Assembly (NCBI GenBank): GCA_044356215.1
Contig: JBIKWQ010000017.1
Span: 1-47,864 of the forward strand
Source of the DNA: Bdellovibrionota bacterium
GTDB lineage: Bacteria > Bdellovibrionota_C > UBA2361 > OMII01
Direction: 5' to 3'
DNA length: 47,864 nucleotides
Shown: positions 1 to 9,444 of the stretch, one piece after another
Layout of the letters: every line of letters begins with the position of its first letter
Position numbering within the stretch: position 1 is the first letter of the stretch
Translations under genes and position numbers: made by a program
The notes under the pieces: generated by a model
The model's input: the letters and a program-made list of their open reading frames with translations, nothing else
Told to the model about the DNA's origin: nothing
The model's database searches: none

Positions 1-247
1 GGCCGGCAAAACCTACCCGTAGCGAGAAAGTGGAGGTTGAGTTGATATTCGATTTTCGAGATGGGAAAAAACCGCACCAGACTACGCCAAGGCTACGTCT
101 GGTCCGACAAAAGCCTCGTCGGCCGTAGCTTTAGCGAAGGCGGAGGTGTATCCCCTGAGATACATTGAGGATTTTTTCCCATCTCGAAAACTCGAAGAGC
201 AGCTCAAGATCCGCTTTCGCAGTAGGGAGGGGTTTTGCCGGCCTTCC
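1..247. mobile_element. IS5-type MITE (long imperfect palindrome), left end clipped by the window edge
   Basis: GGCCGGCAAAACC (1-13) is the reverse complement of 231-243. The arms pair imperfectly over ~75 bp (e.g. TTTTCGAGATGGGAAAAAA 53-71 vs TTTTTTCCCATCTCGAAAA 172-190). The right end ...GGCCTTCC is followed by TTAG (248-251), a YTAR IS5-type target. No ORF inside. Confidence 0.8.
77..144. repeat. REP-like inverted doublet inserted in the MITE loop
   Basis: CTACGCCAAGGCTACG (82-97) vs CGTAGCTTTAGCGAAG (124-139): 13/16 inverted match. Small hairpins at 76-103 and 104-122. It interrupts the otherwise symmetric MITE between CCGCA and GGTGTATC. Confidence 0.6.
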
Positions 248-325
248 TTAGGTAGATGCCGTAGTTCCTAGAAGCTGGTAATATCTATGCCACGGCACAG
301 AGAACATTTCGTTAAAGAGAATACT

Positions 326-712
326 ATGAACAACGACTCCCACAGAAACCCAGCGATTCGCACCATCATGATGCCGCGAGATACTAACGCGCTAGGCAGC
401 ATATTCGGCGGACACATCTTAAGCTTAATAGACTTAGCGGCCGGCCAACACGCCCGCACTGTAGCTCCTAAAAAATACGTCACTAAAATTATGCGGGAGG
501 TAGAGTTTATCGCTCCCGTTTTTGTCGGGGACGCCGTCAGCTTTTACTGCTCAACTATCAAGCAGGGACGCACATCGATAACTGTCCAGGTTGATGTTGA
601 GGCTGTCCGTGGTGTCGACAGTTTGCAAACTATAACTGTTACTACGGCGCAAGTTGTGATGGTCGCTGTCGATAGAGACAACAGGCCGATACCTATCTTT
701 GAGCAGGTGTAG
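326..712 (+). CDS. Acyl-CoA thioesterase (HotDog fold, YciA/BACH family)
   Basis: [24 protein letters not shown] and F-x-x-P-V-x-V-G-D motifs; ATG at 326 preferred over 287. Confidence 0.9.
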   Translation: MNNDSHRNPAIRTIMMPRDTNALGSIFGGHILSLIDLAAGQHARTVAPKKYVTKIMREVEFIAPVFVGDAVSFYCSTIKQGRTSITVQVDVEAVRGVDSLQTITVTTAQVVMVAVDRDNRPIPIFEQV

Positions 713-720
713 TTCTCCCG

Positions 721-1311
721 CTAAAACACCACCCCCAAAAGCCGCTCCCAGATCGAGTCAGGGGCGATCTTCTCTCCGGTGTAAAGTAGATCGCTTGGAT
801 CTAGATTGAACCCCGCCGCGACATTCCTTAAAGCTTTTGGCTTGTCGTTCTGGCGTAGCGTATCGAACTTCGTCAGAATCACCACACAAGGGATACCTAG
901 ATCCGCGCAGATCGCTTGAATCGCTAATTCATCATCCTGCGGGTCTCTTCGGCAATCATTGAGCAGAACAACCGCGCGTAGATGTCGGCGATTACGTAGG
1001 AAATCAACCGCCAAACGGGAGATCGCCTCGCGATCCTGCTTCGATAGCTTAGCGAAGCCAAACCCAGGCATATCAACAAGGCATAACGCTCTATCTACCC
1101 CGTTCCAAGATCCGGACACCTGATAGAAATTCAGCTCTCTTGTCGATCCTGGATTGCCACTTACACGGGCCACTTTCCGACCCGTTAATCGGTTAATAAA
1201 AGTTGACTTACCAACATTCGAGCGGCCGATAATAGCGATCTCTGGGAGATTCTGCTTGCGGATAGTCTCCAGTGATGGAGCGCCAAAGAGGAACTCAGCC
1301 GCGCGTATCAC
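721..1311 (-). CDS. engB: Ribosome biogenesis GTPase YihA/YsxC
   Basis: G1 GRSNVGKS, G2 PGST, G3 DMPGFG, G4 TKFD. Confidence 0.92.
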   Translation of the reverse strand: MIRAAEFLFGAPSLETIRKQNLPEIAIIGRSNVGKSTFINRLTGRKVARVSGNPGSTRELNFYQVSGSWNGVDRALCLVDMPGFGFAKLSKQDREAISRLAVDFLRNRRHLRAVVLLNDCRRDPQDDELAIQAICADLGIPCVVILTKFDTLRQNDKPKALRNVAAGFNLDPSDLLYTGEKIAPDSIWERLLGVVF

Positions 1312-1462
1312 AACACCCCGTCTGGTACGATGTATCGTTAGGATCCTTAGGCAACGACCTCTCTAGCTTGGAAAGACGTCTGCCTAAAAAAGCGATGTAA
1401 AGAGCTAACGCGACCCAAACCGCTGTATATGCCCAGAAGAGATCGGGATATGTGTTCACCAT
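1295..1462 (-). CDS. ccmD: CcmD-like heme exporter small membrane protein
   Basis: Single TM segment LFWAYTAVWVALALYI with a basic tail; lies directly after ccmC. Confidence 0.7.
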   Translation of the reverse strand: MVNTYPDLFWAYTAVWVALALYIAFLGRRLSKLERSLPKDPNDTSYQTGCCDTRG

Positions 1463-1463
1463 T

Positions 1464-2153
1464 TTAAATACTCCGAGATAAATCATGCGCCGCTATCCGA
1501 CGCTCCGCGACACCTATTCGGTAGCGTACCCAAATAAGCAAAGCTCCAAGAGCCATCAAAGCGAAAACCGACGCGCCGAAAGCCCACCAGTAAGATGGAT
1601 CTTTAAGTCCACCACGCTCGATCACCTCTGGATGCAACCTGGCGCTCTGCGGCAAAAATTTAATGGAAACATAAACGATCGGAACTGAGAGCGCGCCGAG
1701 GATACCCAACACACTTCCGTGAATCGCGGTCTTAGCTGGATCTCCAAAATTTCTTAGGATCGTAAATGATAGAAAGATTAACCAGAGTACGAGAAACGTA
1801 ACTAGGCGCGGCTCCTCCCACCGAAACCAGGTATTCCACGCGCTGTGGCCCCAGATCATCCCTGTAACTAAAACGATCGTGCAAAGGACAAAACCAACCT
1901 CTCCGGCCGCGACTGACAATATATCTGCCCGCTCTTTACGCGTAGCCAGATAGGTAACACTAGCGACAAATACCAACCCAAACGCGGCGTAACACGCTAA
2001 AGCGCTCCCTACATGGAAATAAAACACTCGCTGAACAGCTCCCATTACCTGCTCATCAGGAACAACCATAAAAACAAGATATTGCGCCGCGGCCACTAAG
2101 AGAGCCACGAGGAGAGTTGTAAGATAGTGGCGAGGGTTACAGCTGCTTTTCAT
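1464..2153 (-). CDS. ccmC: Heme chaperone/exporter CcmC (CcsA/WWD family)
   Basis: FYFHV, WGHSAWNTWFRWEEPRL tryptophan-rich motif, RLHP; start placed at MKSS (uncertain). Confidence 0.9.
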   Translation of the reverse strand: MKSSCNPRHYLTTLLVALLVAAAQYLVFMVVPDEQVMGAVQRVFYFHVGSALACYAAFGLVFVASVTYLATRKERADILSVAAGEVGFVLCTIVLVTGMIWGHSAWNTWFRWEEPRLVTFLVLWLIFLSFTILRNFGDPAKTAIHGSVLGILGALSVPIVYVSIKFLPQSARLHPEVIERGGLKDPSYWWAFGASVFALMALGALLIWVRYRIGVAERRIAAHDLSRSI

Positions 2154-2199
2154 ATAGTTTCGCCGAAGCATATCAAGAATAGGAGCAGGGAGCAAAACC

Positions 2200-2913
2200 T
2201 CAATCCCTGACAACCGCCTCGTAGCTATTTACGCCTACCAAGAGAAAAGCCGTGGCCGAAATAAGAATTATCCCCGGCCAAATACTACCAGGCTGAACTC
2301 CTCCGTACAGAAGGCACTCAGTAGTTAACTCAACTCCCGCGAAAAACAGGGGGAAAAGCAGCGGCAAAGTTAACAGGGGAATAAGGACACCACGAAGTCT
2401 GGAGGTTCCAGCCACTCCCGATATCAATGTGATAAGCGCCGAAAGAGCTGCCGAAGCCCCCAGGCCGATCGTTGCTAGCTTAGCGAATACTGAAGTAAGA
2501 TCCTGATCTAAAGCGGCGCTAGTAACAGCTATCAAAAGCAGCCAATTGATCCAAAAGAGCACGGCGCTGACAAACACCTTAGCCAGATAAAGCTGTGGGC
2601 CAGTCACACCGGCAAGAAGCAATCCTTCAAAACCGCGCACCTCTAGCTCAGCCTCGCTAGCTCTGGCACTGGCTGTTGTAGTTGTAATCAGAAAAACAAC
2701 CCAGACAAGCATCGGATAGATCTTAGTGGTTGTCGCAGCATCAAGAACAGCAGAACTAACACCCGCGCCGATCAGGGCCGCCACGACTAGTGTTGTGCAG
2801 ATAAGTAAGGTGACGAGCTCCTTTCCTCGAAGCTCCAAGGAAACCTCCTTAACGATCATCAATTTAAAAGTCTTTAGCCACCTGAGCATATCTTGCTGCC
2901 TAACGGTTCCCAC
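2200..2913 (-). CDS. ccmB: Heme exporter permease CcmB
   Basis: Six TM segments; KEVSLELRGKE and LIPLLTLPLLFP; lies between ccmA and ccmC. Confidence 0.88.
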   Translation of the reverse strand: MGTVRQQDMLRWLKTFKLMIVKEVSLELRGKELVTLLICTTLVVAALIGAGVSSAVLDAATTTKIYPMLVWVVFLITTTTASARASEAELEVRGFEGLLLAGVTGPQLYLAKVFVSAVLFWINWLLLIAVTSAALDQDLTSVFAKLATIGLGASAALSALITLISGVAGTSRLRGVLIPLLTLPLLFPLFFAGVELTTECLLYGGVQPGSIWPGIILISATAFLLVGVNSYEAVVRD

Positions 2914-3625
2914 TACGGTACTTATCTATCGTTTCATTTAGATCACTGATCGAGCCATCTTTACCGGAATCGGCGACCACTGAACCTCTATCCATAACAA
3001 CTACTCTGCTCGCGATGTCTCTTAGCCTCGCCAGGTCGTGAGTGGCGATGATCGTGATGCCGCTCGTCCGGCTCTTCTCTGCCACAACGGTTCTTAAGGT
3101 CTCTGTCGCACGCTCATCTAAATTACTAGATGGCTCATCTAACAAAAGCACCTGCGGATTGCCCATAAGCGCTCTGGCTAGTGAAGCCTTGCTTTGCGCT
3201 CCACGTGATACCTCAGACACCGCGCGATCACGGAGATCCTCTAACCCCCACTCCCGAAGAGCCCCTTCTAAAAGATCTTTCGCTGAGGACCTATCTCGGA
3301 AAGCCATAAGCTTGGCATAAATCGCCAGGTTTTGCTCAAGCGATAGCTTAGAGTAAAGCGCCGTGTGATGCCCAGCGAAGCCAACTCGAGCGCCACTAGT
3401 TACCGAAACTTGACCGCGATCCGGCCTCGTAAGGCCCGCTAAAACTCGCAGCAACGTGCTCTTACCAGCGCCATTTGCGCCCAAAAGAAGCACTACATCG
3501 CCGGAGTGAAAACTAAGAGAGAGATCTCTAATAATCGTTTGAGAGCCGAAACGCTTTAGGATCTGGCGCGCCTCGACAGAGAGAATCGCAGGGTCGTCAA
3601 TTTCACACCTCTTCGCGCTAGCCAT
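2900..3625 (-). CDS. ccmA: Heme exporter ABC ATPase CcmA
   Basis: Walker A GANGAGKS, signature VSRG, Walker B LLLDEP, H-loop ATHD; operon context. Confidence 0.88.
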   Translation of the reverse strand: MASAKRCEIDDPAILSVEARQILKRFGSQTIIRDLSLSFHSGDVVLLLGANGAGKSTLLRVLAGLTRPDRGQVSVTSGARVGFAGHHTALYSKLSLEQNLAIYAKLMAFRDRSSAKDLLEGALREWGLEDLRDRAVSEVSRGAQSKASLARALMGNPQVLLLDEPSSNLDERATETLRTVVAEKSRTSGITIIATHDLARLRDIASRVVVMDRGSVVADSGKDGSISDLNETIDKYRSGNR

Positions 3626-3914
3626 GGCTCCGCAACTTTTCTAGCACCCGCCCTACTTCAATTGAAAGCTCGTCCTTTGCGCGTTCGTAATCCTCAAGAC
3701 CAATCTTGCCCATATTAAAATCTAACTCTAGATCCTTTAACTCACGAAGCGCGCGCTCTTTAGAATCAACAAGTCGGCCAACCGACTCCGCAGCAACAGA
3801 CTGCGCTTCGGCTAAGGTGCCACGCGATTCGAAGAAGGGAGCTAAAAGATAAAGTCCTACGCCAAAAGATGATGCCAGAGAGAGGGTTACCCAAATTGCG
3901 ACACTACTTATCAT
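3618..3914 (-). CDS. Small membrane protein resembling the CcmI/CycH N-terminal segment
   Basis: TM segment, then LRELKDLELDFNMGKIGLEDYE, a pattern typical of CcmI N-termini; lies between ccmF and ccmA. Confidence 0.55.
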   Translation of the reverse strand: MISSVAIWVTLSLASSFGVGLYLLAPFFESRGTLAEAQSVAAESVGRLVDSKERALRELKDLELDFNMGKIGLEDYERAKDELSIEVGRVLEKLRSHG

Positions 3915-5929
3915 ATAGAATGCGCGACCTCCGCTTTGCTTTGACTGGCTACCTGCGACACCTTAGCCACCGGCACCGCGACGATAACTCCTCCGATGAC
4001 CATAATTATAGCCCCGTACCAGAGCCAGACCTGCAGTGGGTTTACAAAAACTTTCATTGAGGCCTTTGTGCCGGTCTCATCTACACCAGCTAAGATCAAA
4101 TAGAGATCCTCTCTTTGGCCCATTCTAAGGGCAACCTCGGTAGTTGTCTCCTTGTTCTTTGGATAGAATCTAAGCTCTGGGGATAAGATCCCTATAACAG
4201 AATCATCCTTTAATGAACGTGCGTTCACCCGAGCTTGAACAGCGCTATAGTTAGCGTGCTCCTCTTCATGAAATTCAATTAGCTCAAGAGAGAATCTTCC
4301 GACATTAAAACGCTCTCCAGGAGCTAGAGTAAACTCACGCTCTGTCTTGTGCGCCATCGAAGCTGTAATAGCCACGGTCATCATCACCACGCCGAAGTGA
4401 ATGATATGAGCGCCATACTTAATTCTGTGGCGTCTGAAAAGCCGCGCTAATCCGCGCGCCGAGTAGCTTGGGGCCCCATCCAAAACAGCGGCACTCTGCG
4501 AGCGCAGTCCACGACCGATCTCTCCTAAGATCGTCATCACTACGAAGAAAGATATCGCGTATGCCAATACTGGGTAGAAGTCAGTTATACCAGCGGAAAC
4601 GAGCGCTATCGCTACTACTAACGCTCCAGCCAATGGTACAGCGAAGGAGCTCACCATCTGCTTAAGAGAGGATCTGCGCCAAGCAATCGTCGGGCCTATA
4701 CCCATTAAAAAAACAAGCGCCAAGAAGAGCGGCACATTTACAGCGTTAAAGAAAGGAATCCCCACGGTCTGTTTCTGTCCAGTGAATGCCTCCGAGAATA
4801 CGGGGAACATTACTCCCCATAAGACCGCAAAGCAGATACTTAACAGCACCAAGTTATTGAGCAAGAAAACCGTTTCACGAGAGAAAAGACTTTCGATCGA
4901 TCGATCTGGTCGTAGCTCCGCGCGGCGATATATTACGAGCGCCACAGCGAGCAAAACGATCGCCGCCAAATAAGTCAGAAAAACCCAACCTATATCGGTC
5001 GAGGCAAACGCGTGGACACTCTGTACTATCCCTGAACGGGTCAGGAAAGTTCCAAAGACCGTTAAGGCATAGGTCAAAACACAGAGAAATATATTCCAGG
5101 TCTTTAACATCCCCTTACGTTCCTGAACCATCACGGAGTGCAGAAAAGCCGTGGCCGTTAGCCACGGTAGGAAGGATGAGTTCTCTACAGGATCCCAAGC
5201 CCAAAATCCTCCCCATCCCAGCTCAAGATAAGCCCAGTGACCACCTAGCACTATCCCGGCCGTAAGAAAGGTCCAGCCTATTAGTGTCCAGCGCCTAGTT
5301 AAGCGGATCCAATCATTCGACATGTGGCCAGACGCCAGCGCCGCCATACAGAAAGCGTAAGGGATCGCGAGTCCAGTGAAACCTAGGTAAAGAGTCGGAG
5401 GATGAATCGCCATGTACTCATTCTGAAGCAATGGATTAAGTCCATTTCCATCTGGCATCACCATCGACGCTTTGAGGTAGCGAAAAGGGTTTGTCAGAAA
5501 CAGCGTGATTGTTGTGAAGAATAGAGTCGATGAATTTAAGAACGCGTAGAGCCAAGGCAAAAGCGGTCGAGGGTACCGCAAAGACGCTTTCGCTACCGCA
5601 GCGCAGAAAGCTGCCACTAGACCGCACCAGAGAAGCATCGAGCCATCCATTCCACCCCAGATCGCCGTAATCTTATAGATCCACGGCATGGCGCGATTAG
5701 AATACTGCCAGATGTATTGAATTGAGTAATCGTTGTTGACAAAGCCGTAGCCTAAGCCAACAAGCGAAAGGAATAGCGCCAGCGCCACTCCTATCGTTGC
5801 CCGTCTAAGAGCCTCAACGAAGGCAGGTGACAGAAGTCGCTTGCTCAGACCAACATAAGCGCCTCCGATCACTCCCAGCAACGCTAAGAGCCAAGCGACA
5901 CACAAGGCGAAATGCCCAAACTCAATCAC
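3911..5929 (-). CDS. ccmF: Cytochrome c heme lyase CcmF
   Basis: GLNPLLQ, IHPP, WAYLELGWGGFWAWDPVEN, RSGIVQSVHAF. Confidence 0.96.
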   Translation of the reverse strand: MIEFGHFALCVAWLLALLGVIGGAYVGLSKRLLSPAFVEALRRATIGVALALFLSLVGLGYGFVNNDYSIQYIWQYSNRAMPWIYKITAIWGGMDGSMLLWCGLVAAFCAAVAKASLRYPRPLLPWLYAFLNSSTLFFTTITLFLTNPFRYLKASMVMPDGNGLNPLLQNEYMAIHPPTLYLGFTGLAIPYAFCMAALASGHMSNDWIRLTRRWTLIGWTFLTAGIVLGGHWAYLELGWGGFWAWDPVENSSFLPWLTATAFLHSVMVQERKGMLKTWNIFLCVLTYALTVFGTFLTRSGIVQSVHAFASTDIGWVFLTYLAAIVLLAVALVIYRRAELRPDRSIESLFSRETVFLLNNLVLLSICFAVLWGVMFPVFSEAFTGQKQTVGIPFFNAVNVPLFLALVFLMGIGPTIAWRRSSLKQMVSSFAVPLAGALVVAIALVSAGITDFYPVLAYAISFFVVMTILGEIGRGLRSQSAAVLDGAPSYSARGLARLFRRHRIKYGAHIIHFGVVMMTVAITASMAHKTEREFTLAPGERFNVGRFSLELIEFHEEEHANYSAVQARVNARSLKDDSVIGILSPELRFYPKNKETTTEVALRMGQREDLYLILAGVDETGTKASMKVFVNPLQVWLWYGAIIMVIGGVIVAVPVAKVSQVASQSKAEVAHSI

Positions 5930-5946
5930 GACACCCTCTCCTTAAT

Positions 5947-6396
5947 TTAACTATCACCCCTTGCCGTGTCGGCCATCTTCTCTGGGGCCGCGCCAGGCAT
6001 CGCCGGTTCGTACTTTGATGGGCACTGGGTCTGCAGCTTAGCGGCTACGATCTTGCCGCCCTTAAAATCTCCATCGATCAGTACATCTCTACCAGCCTGA
6101 AACATATCTGGTTTAAGATTGCGGTACTCCACTGGCACAACTGAACTACCACCGGCTGGATCACTAACACCAAAGCGCAAAAGAAAACCCGGCTCAGTCT
6201 GATATTCGATCGGGTCTACTACCTTCCCTCCCACCCTAATTCTGGGGAGGTCGCTGGCATGAGCTCTCGTCAATAACTCCGTTGGAGTCAGCACAAGCGA
6301 GCTGGTACCACTGGTGGCCTGATAGACCAACACACCGCCCGCTACGATGAAAAAAAGCACTAAGCTTATAAATATACGACCCATACGTCCCGCCAT
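5947..6396 (-). CDS. ccmE: Heme chaperone CcmE, cysteine-type (CxxxY)
   Basis: IRVGGKV, PDMFQAG, and the heme motif CPSKY in place of HxxxY. Confidence 0.92.
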   Translation of the reverse strand: MAGRMGRIFISLVLFFIVAGGVLVYQATSGTSSLVLTPTELLTRAHASDLPRIRVGGKVVDPIEYQTEPGFLLRFGVSDPAGGSSVVPVEYRNLKPDMFQAGRDVLIDGDFKGGKIVAAKLQTQCPSKYEPAMPGAAPEKMADTARGDS

Positions 6397-6438
6397 GCTA
6401 TAACAGATAGCTGAAATTGGCGAGGGCGGGGGCAGGTC

Positions 6439-7080
6439 TTACCCGATCTCTTTAATCCTGGCCGCGAAAAGCTCCGAGGTCTTGACAACTACAGTGTCTC
6501 CTACCTTCACAACTCTTAGATTTTGAGGATACTTAGCCTTAACTGTCACATACCCTTCTGGGCTCTTTAGGGTAATTAGCTGCTTCTTTTTGTCTATAGC
6601 CTCAATAGTTAGAATATCAACACGCTCTCCAGCGATAACGGCCGCAGGCTTCTGCCCCTTCGCGGCGCGCCCGGCTAGGTCTACCCCTACTCCTGCTAAC
6701 TCCATCTCCTCCGGTGTTGGCTTTCTAACCTGGAACTCAACTGCCTCAAAGTAATCTAGCTCTACAGTATCACCCTTCTCTACCTGCTTAAGGTTTCTGA
6801 CCTCATTGCCTACCTTTAAAGGAACCAACCTTCCGTCATTTGTCTTTAGCGTCACGGCTCTCTTAGCGAGATCCACGCTCTCAACCTTAGCTGTCATCGT
6901 CTTTAACTCAGACTCCTCGCCTGCCAAGCCACCGCCCGGAAGAACACTACGCGATGATGTTTGAATAACGTTTAGACCCGATGGAGTTGTACTCTCGGAT
7001 ACAACATCTCCGGTGTAAGGAGTAGCGGAACACCCTACGAACAAAGCGGCTACAGTAACAACAGCAAGGCTTCTAAACAT
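6439..7080 (-). CDS. Putative lipoprotein with two repeated OB-like units
   Basis: Lipobox LFVGC; internal repeat KVESVDLAKRAVTLK..NLKQVEKGDTV / TIEAIDKKKQLITLK..NLRVVKVGDTV. Confidence 0.7.
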   Translation of the reverse strand: MFRSLAVVTVAALFVGCSATPYTGDVVSESTTPSGLNVIQTSSRSVLPGGGLAGEESELKTMTAKVESVDLAKRAVTLKTNDGRLVPLKVGNEVRNLKQVEKGDTVELDYFEAVEFQVRKPTPEEMELAGVGVDLAGRAAKGQKPAAVIAGERVDILTIEAIDKKKQLITLKSPEGYVTVKAKYPQNLRVVKVGDTVVVKTSELFAARIKEIG

Positions 7081-7151
7081 AATTCTCTCCATTTTTAGGC
7101 TTAAACAGCGACCGTAAAAAGCTACCCCGAATTACGACATCGTCGCAAGAG

Positions 7152-8228
7152 CTAACTCTCTACCCAATCCTCAAGCTCGGACCCAAGACGCTTGGTGACG
7201 AAACTCTTTAACTTATCACGAAGCTTGTTCTCTATCTGCCTGACTCGCTCCTTGCTGATATCTAAAGAATCAGAGAGATCTTGCAAGGTGAGCTTATCCT
7301 CGACAAGCACACGCCCTTGAAAGATCTCCAACTCCTTTGGGGTAAGGGTCTTCTCAAACTCTGCAATGCTATTAGCGAGGGCATCTCGCAACTGCTTCTT
7401 AGCTAACTGATCCTCGGCAGAGTCTCGATCACTTGGAATGACCGAGAGCAGGCTAGAATCGTTATCATCCTGCAGCGGCGCGTCAAAGCTCATATCTGAG
7501 CCCCCCAACCTCTGCGACATCTCAACGACTTCGCCCTCCTTAACGTTTAGCCTCTCAGCTAAGAGTTTGGTGGATGGGTAGATCCCCTCTCGCTCAAGAC
7601 GGTCGCTCTCTTTCTTTAAGTTAAAGAAAAGTTTTCTCTGCGCCTGCGTGGTTCCGATCTTAACCATGCGCCAGTTGGCTATGATGTAACGAATTATATA
7701 GGCTCTGATCCACCAAACGGCGTAGGATGGGAATCTAACTCCGCGGTACGGATCAAAGTTTTTCACCGCCTCCATCAATCCTATATTCCCCTCCTGAATA
7801 AGATCGAGAACATTTTTAGCTACTCGCTCATAGTCACGCGAGATCTTAACCACCAGCCAGAGAGACCCGGATACTAGGGTATAGGCGGCTTCAGGACTTT
7901 GAGATTCTCGGTACTCAACCGCCGCGGCGTGCTCCGCTTCTTTGCTTAGCGGAGCGAAGCGCCGGATCTCGGCTAGGTAGGCATCTAAAGGGCTGTAGGG
8001 AACAACTCCGCGCTCATGGTCACCAAACGAGCTATCTTCAGTCTCTCCGCCAGTAGCGCTATCGTCATTTGAGAGATCATCGGGTGAAACCTCCAGCAGA
8101 TCCCCCTCTACCGCGGGCAACTCATTATCAACGGGCGTCTCTGATGGCAGGAGCTCTCCTTCAAGGACAGGGACGTTGTCCTTGGCGCTCTCTTTATCAT
8201 TCTTTATCTTTTTAGTTTTTTTCTTCAC
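7152..8228 (-). CDS. rpoH: RNA polymerase sigma-32 (RpoH) family factor
   Basis: DLIQEGNIGLM, FPSYAVWWIRA, RpoH box KIGTTQAQRKLFFNL, ISKERVRQIE. Confidence 0.9.
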   Translation of the reverse strand: MKKKTKKIKNDKESAKDNVPVLEGELLPSETPVDNELPAVEGDLLEVSPDDLSNDDSATGGETEDSSFGDHERGVVPYSPLDAYLAEIRRFAPLSKEAEHAAAVEYRESQSPEAAYTLVSGSLWLVVKISRDYERVAKNVLDLIQEGNIGLMEAVKNFDPYRGVRFPSYAVWWIRAYIIRYIIANWRMVKIGTTQAQRKLFFNLKKESDRLEREGIYPSTKLLAERLNVKEGEVVEMSQRLGGSDMSFDAPLQDDNDSSLLSVIPSDRDSAEDQLAKKQLRDALANSIAEFEKTLTPKELEIFQGRVLVEDKLTLQDLSDSLDISKERVRQIENKLRDKLKSFVTKRLGSELEDWVES

Positions 8229-8346
8229 TGATGCCCCGGTTTAGCCTCATATACTCTACACCGAGACGACTCAAAGTCTCAATGAGCCTCGCTTGACTTG
8301 ATCTCAAACAACTTCTGTCGCTCACTCGCCGAACATCTACCTGATC

Positions 8347-9444
8347 ATGCTAAAAACATATGACAAACCTGCATTTAGCCCTTTAAGGGGCGCCCCATCT
8401 CTTAAGGAACTTGAGGTCTTTACCCGCCAGTTAGCCCTGATGACGCGAGCCGGAATCCCTATCCTTCCAGCTCTCGCGATGTTGAGGCGTCAAACTAAAA
8501 CGCAAGCTTTTAGAGAATCTCTTGCCAGGCTCGAAGAGTCGATCTCTGATGGGCTATCAATCGCTCAAAGCATGGTCAATCAGACGCGGTGCTTTCCTAA
8601 ATTTTACACCTCCCTGATAGCCGCGGGAGAGCAGTCCGGAATACTTGACCAGACCTTAGATACGATAGCACTAGAGTTGCGGTCGCGCCGAATCCTACGC
8701 TCTCGCATCTTACGCGCCGCGATCTACCCTGCTTTTGTAATCACAACACTTATAACGATTGTGGCCTTCCTGCTGATCTGTGTGGTGCCTACTTTTGAGG
8801 ATCTCTTTAACGAAAATGGCGCCCCTCTTCCTTGGCTTACACAAAAGATCATTAACTTATCGCGGCTATTAAACAGTTCATCGACGAGTTTTATAACGCT
8901 CACTATTTTGGCGCTTGCCCCATTTTTTCAGCGCGCGAGATACTCGGCAAGAATAACTCATATCGCGTATGACATCTCGTGCCGAATCCCGCTCTGGAGA
9001 TCGCTTACGCGAGCAAAACTCGCCTGTGAGTGCTCTTCTCTCTTAGCATCCCTCACAAGAGTGGGGATTCCCGTCCTTGAGGCTTTAAAGATCACGGGAG
9101 AAACGATCCAAAACGCGACGACAAAGAGAGAGCTAGAACTAATCCGCTCTCAGATTATTGAGGGAAACTCCTTAAGCGCGGCCTTCAAAAATTCAAAGCA
9201 CTTCCCTGAGCTATTCGTTAACTTGATCGAGGCTGGTGAGAGCTCAGGCCAACTAGAGGCGATGCTAAGCAAAGCGGCTGCGCTGTACCACGAGGAACTC
9301 GAACAGGCATTTGAGCTATTAAAGCAGTTGATCGAACCAGCGCTGATACTGGCGATCGGGGCCGTAGTTGGAACTGTCGTCCTGGCGATCTACCTGCCCA
9401 TATTCCAGATCGGTGATCTCTCAGGGGCTACAAATTTGTCGTAG
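8347..9444 (+). CDS. pilC: Type IV pilus/T2SS inner-membrane platform protein (PilC/GspF)
   Basis: FTRQLALMTRAGIP, AGEQSG/AGESSG repeats, YPAFV, LIEP, AIYLPIF. Confidence 0.88.
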   Translation: MLKTYDKPAFSPLRGAPSLKELEVFTRQLALMTRAGIPILPALAMLRRQTKTQAFRESLARLEESISDGLSIAQSMVNQTRCFPKFYTSLIAAGEQSGILDQTLDTIALELRSRRILRSRILRAAIYPAFVITTLITIVAFLLICVVPTFEDLFNENGAPLPWLTQKIINLSRLLNSSSTSFITLTILALAPFFQRARYSARITHIAYDISCRIPLWRSLTRAKLACECSSLLASLTRVGIPVLEALKITGETIQNATTKRELELIRSQIIEGNSLSAAFKNSKHFPELFVNLIEAGESSGQLEAMLSKAAALYHEELEQAFELLKQLIEPALILAIGAVVGTVVLAIYLPIFQIGDLSGATNLS

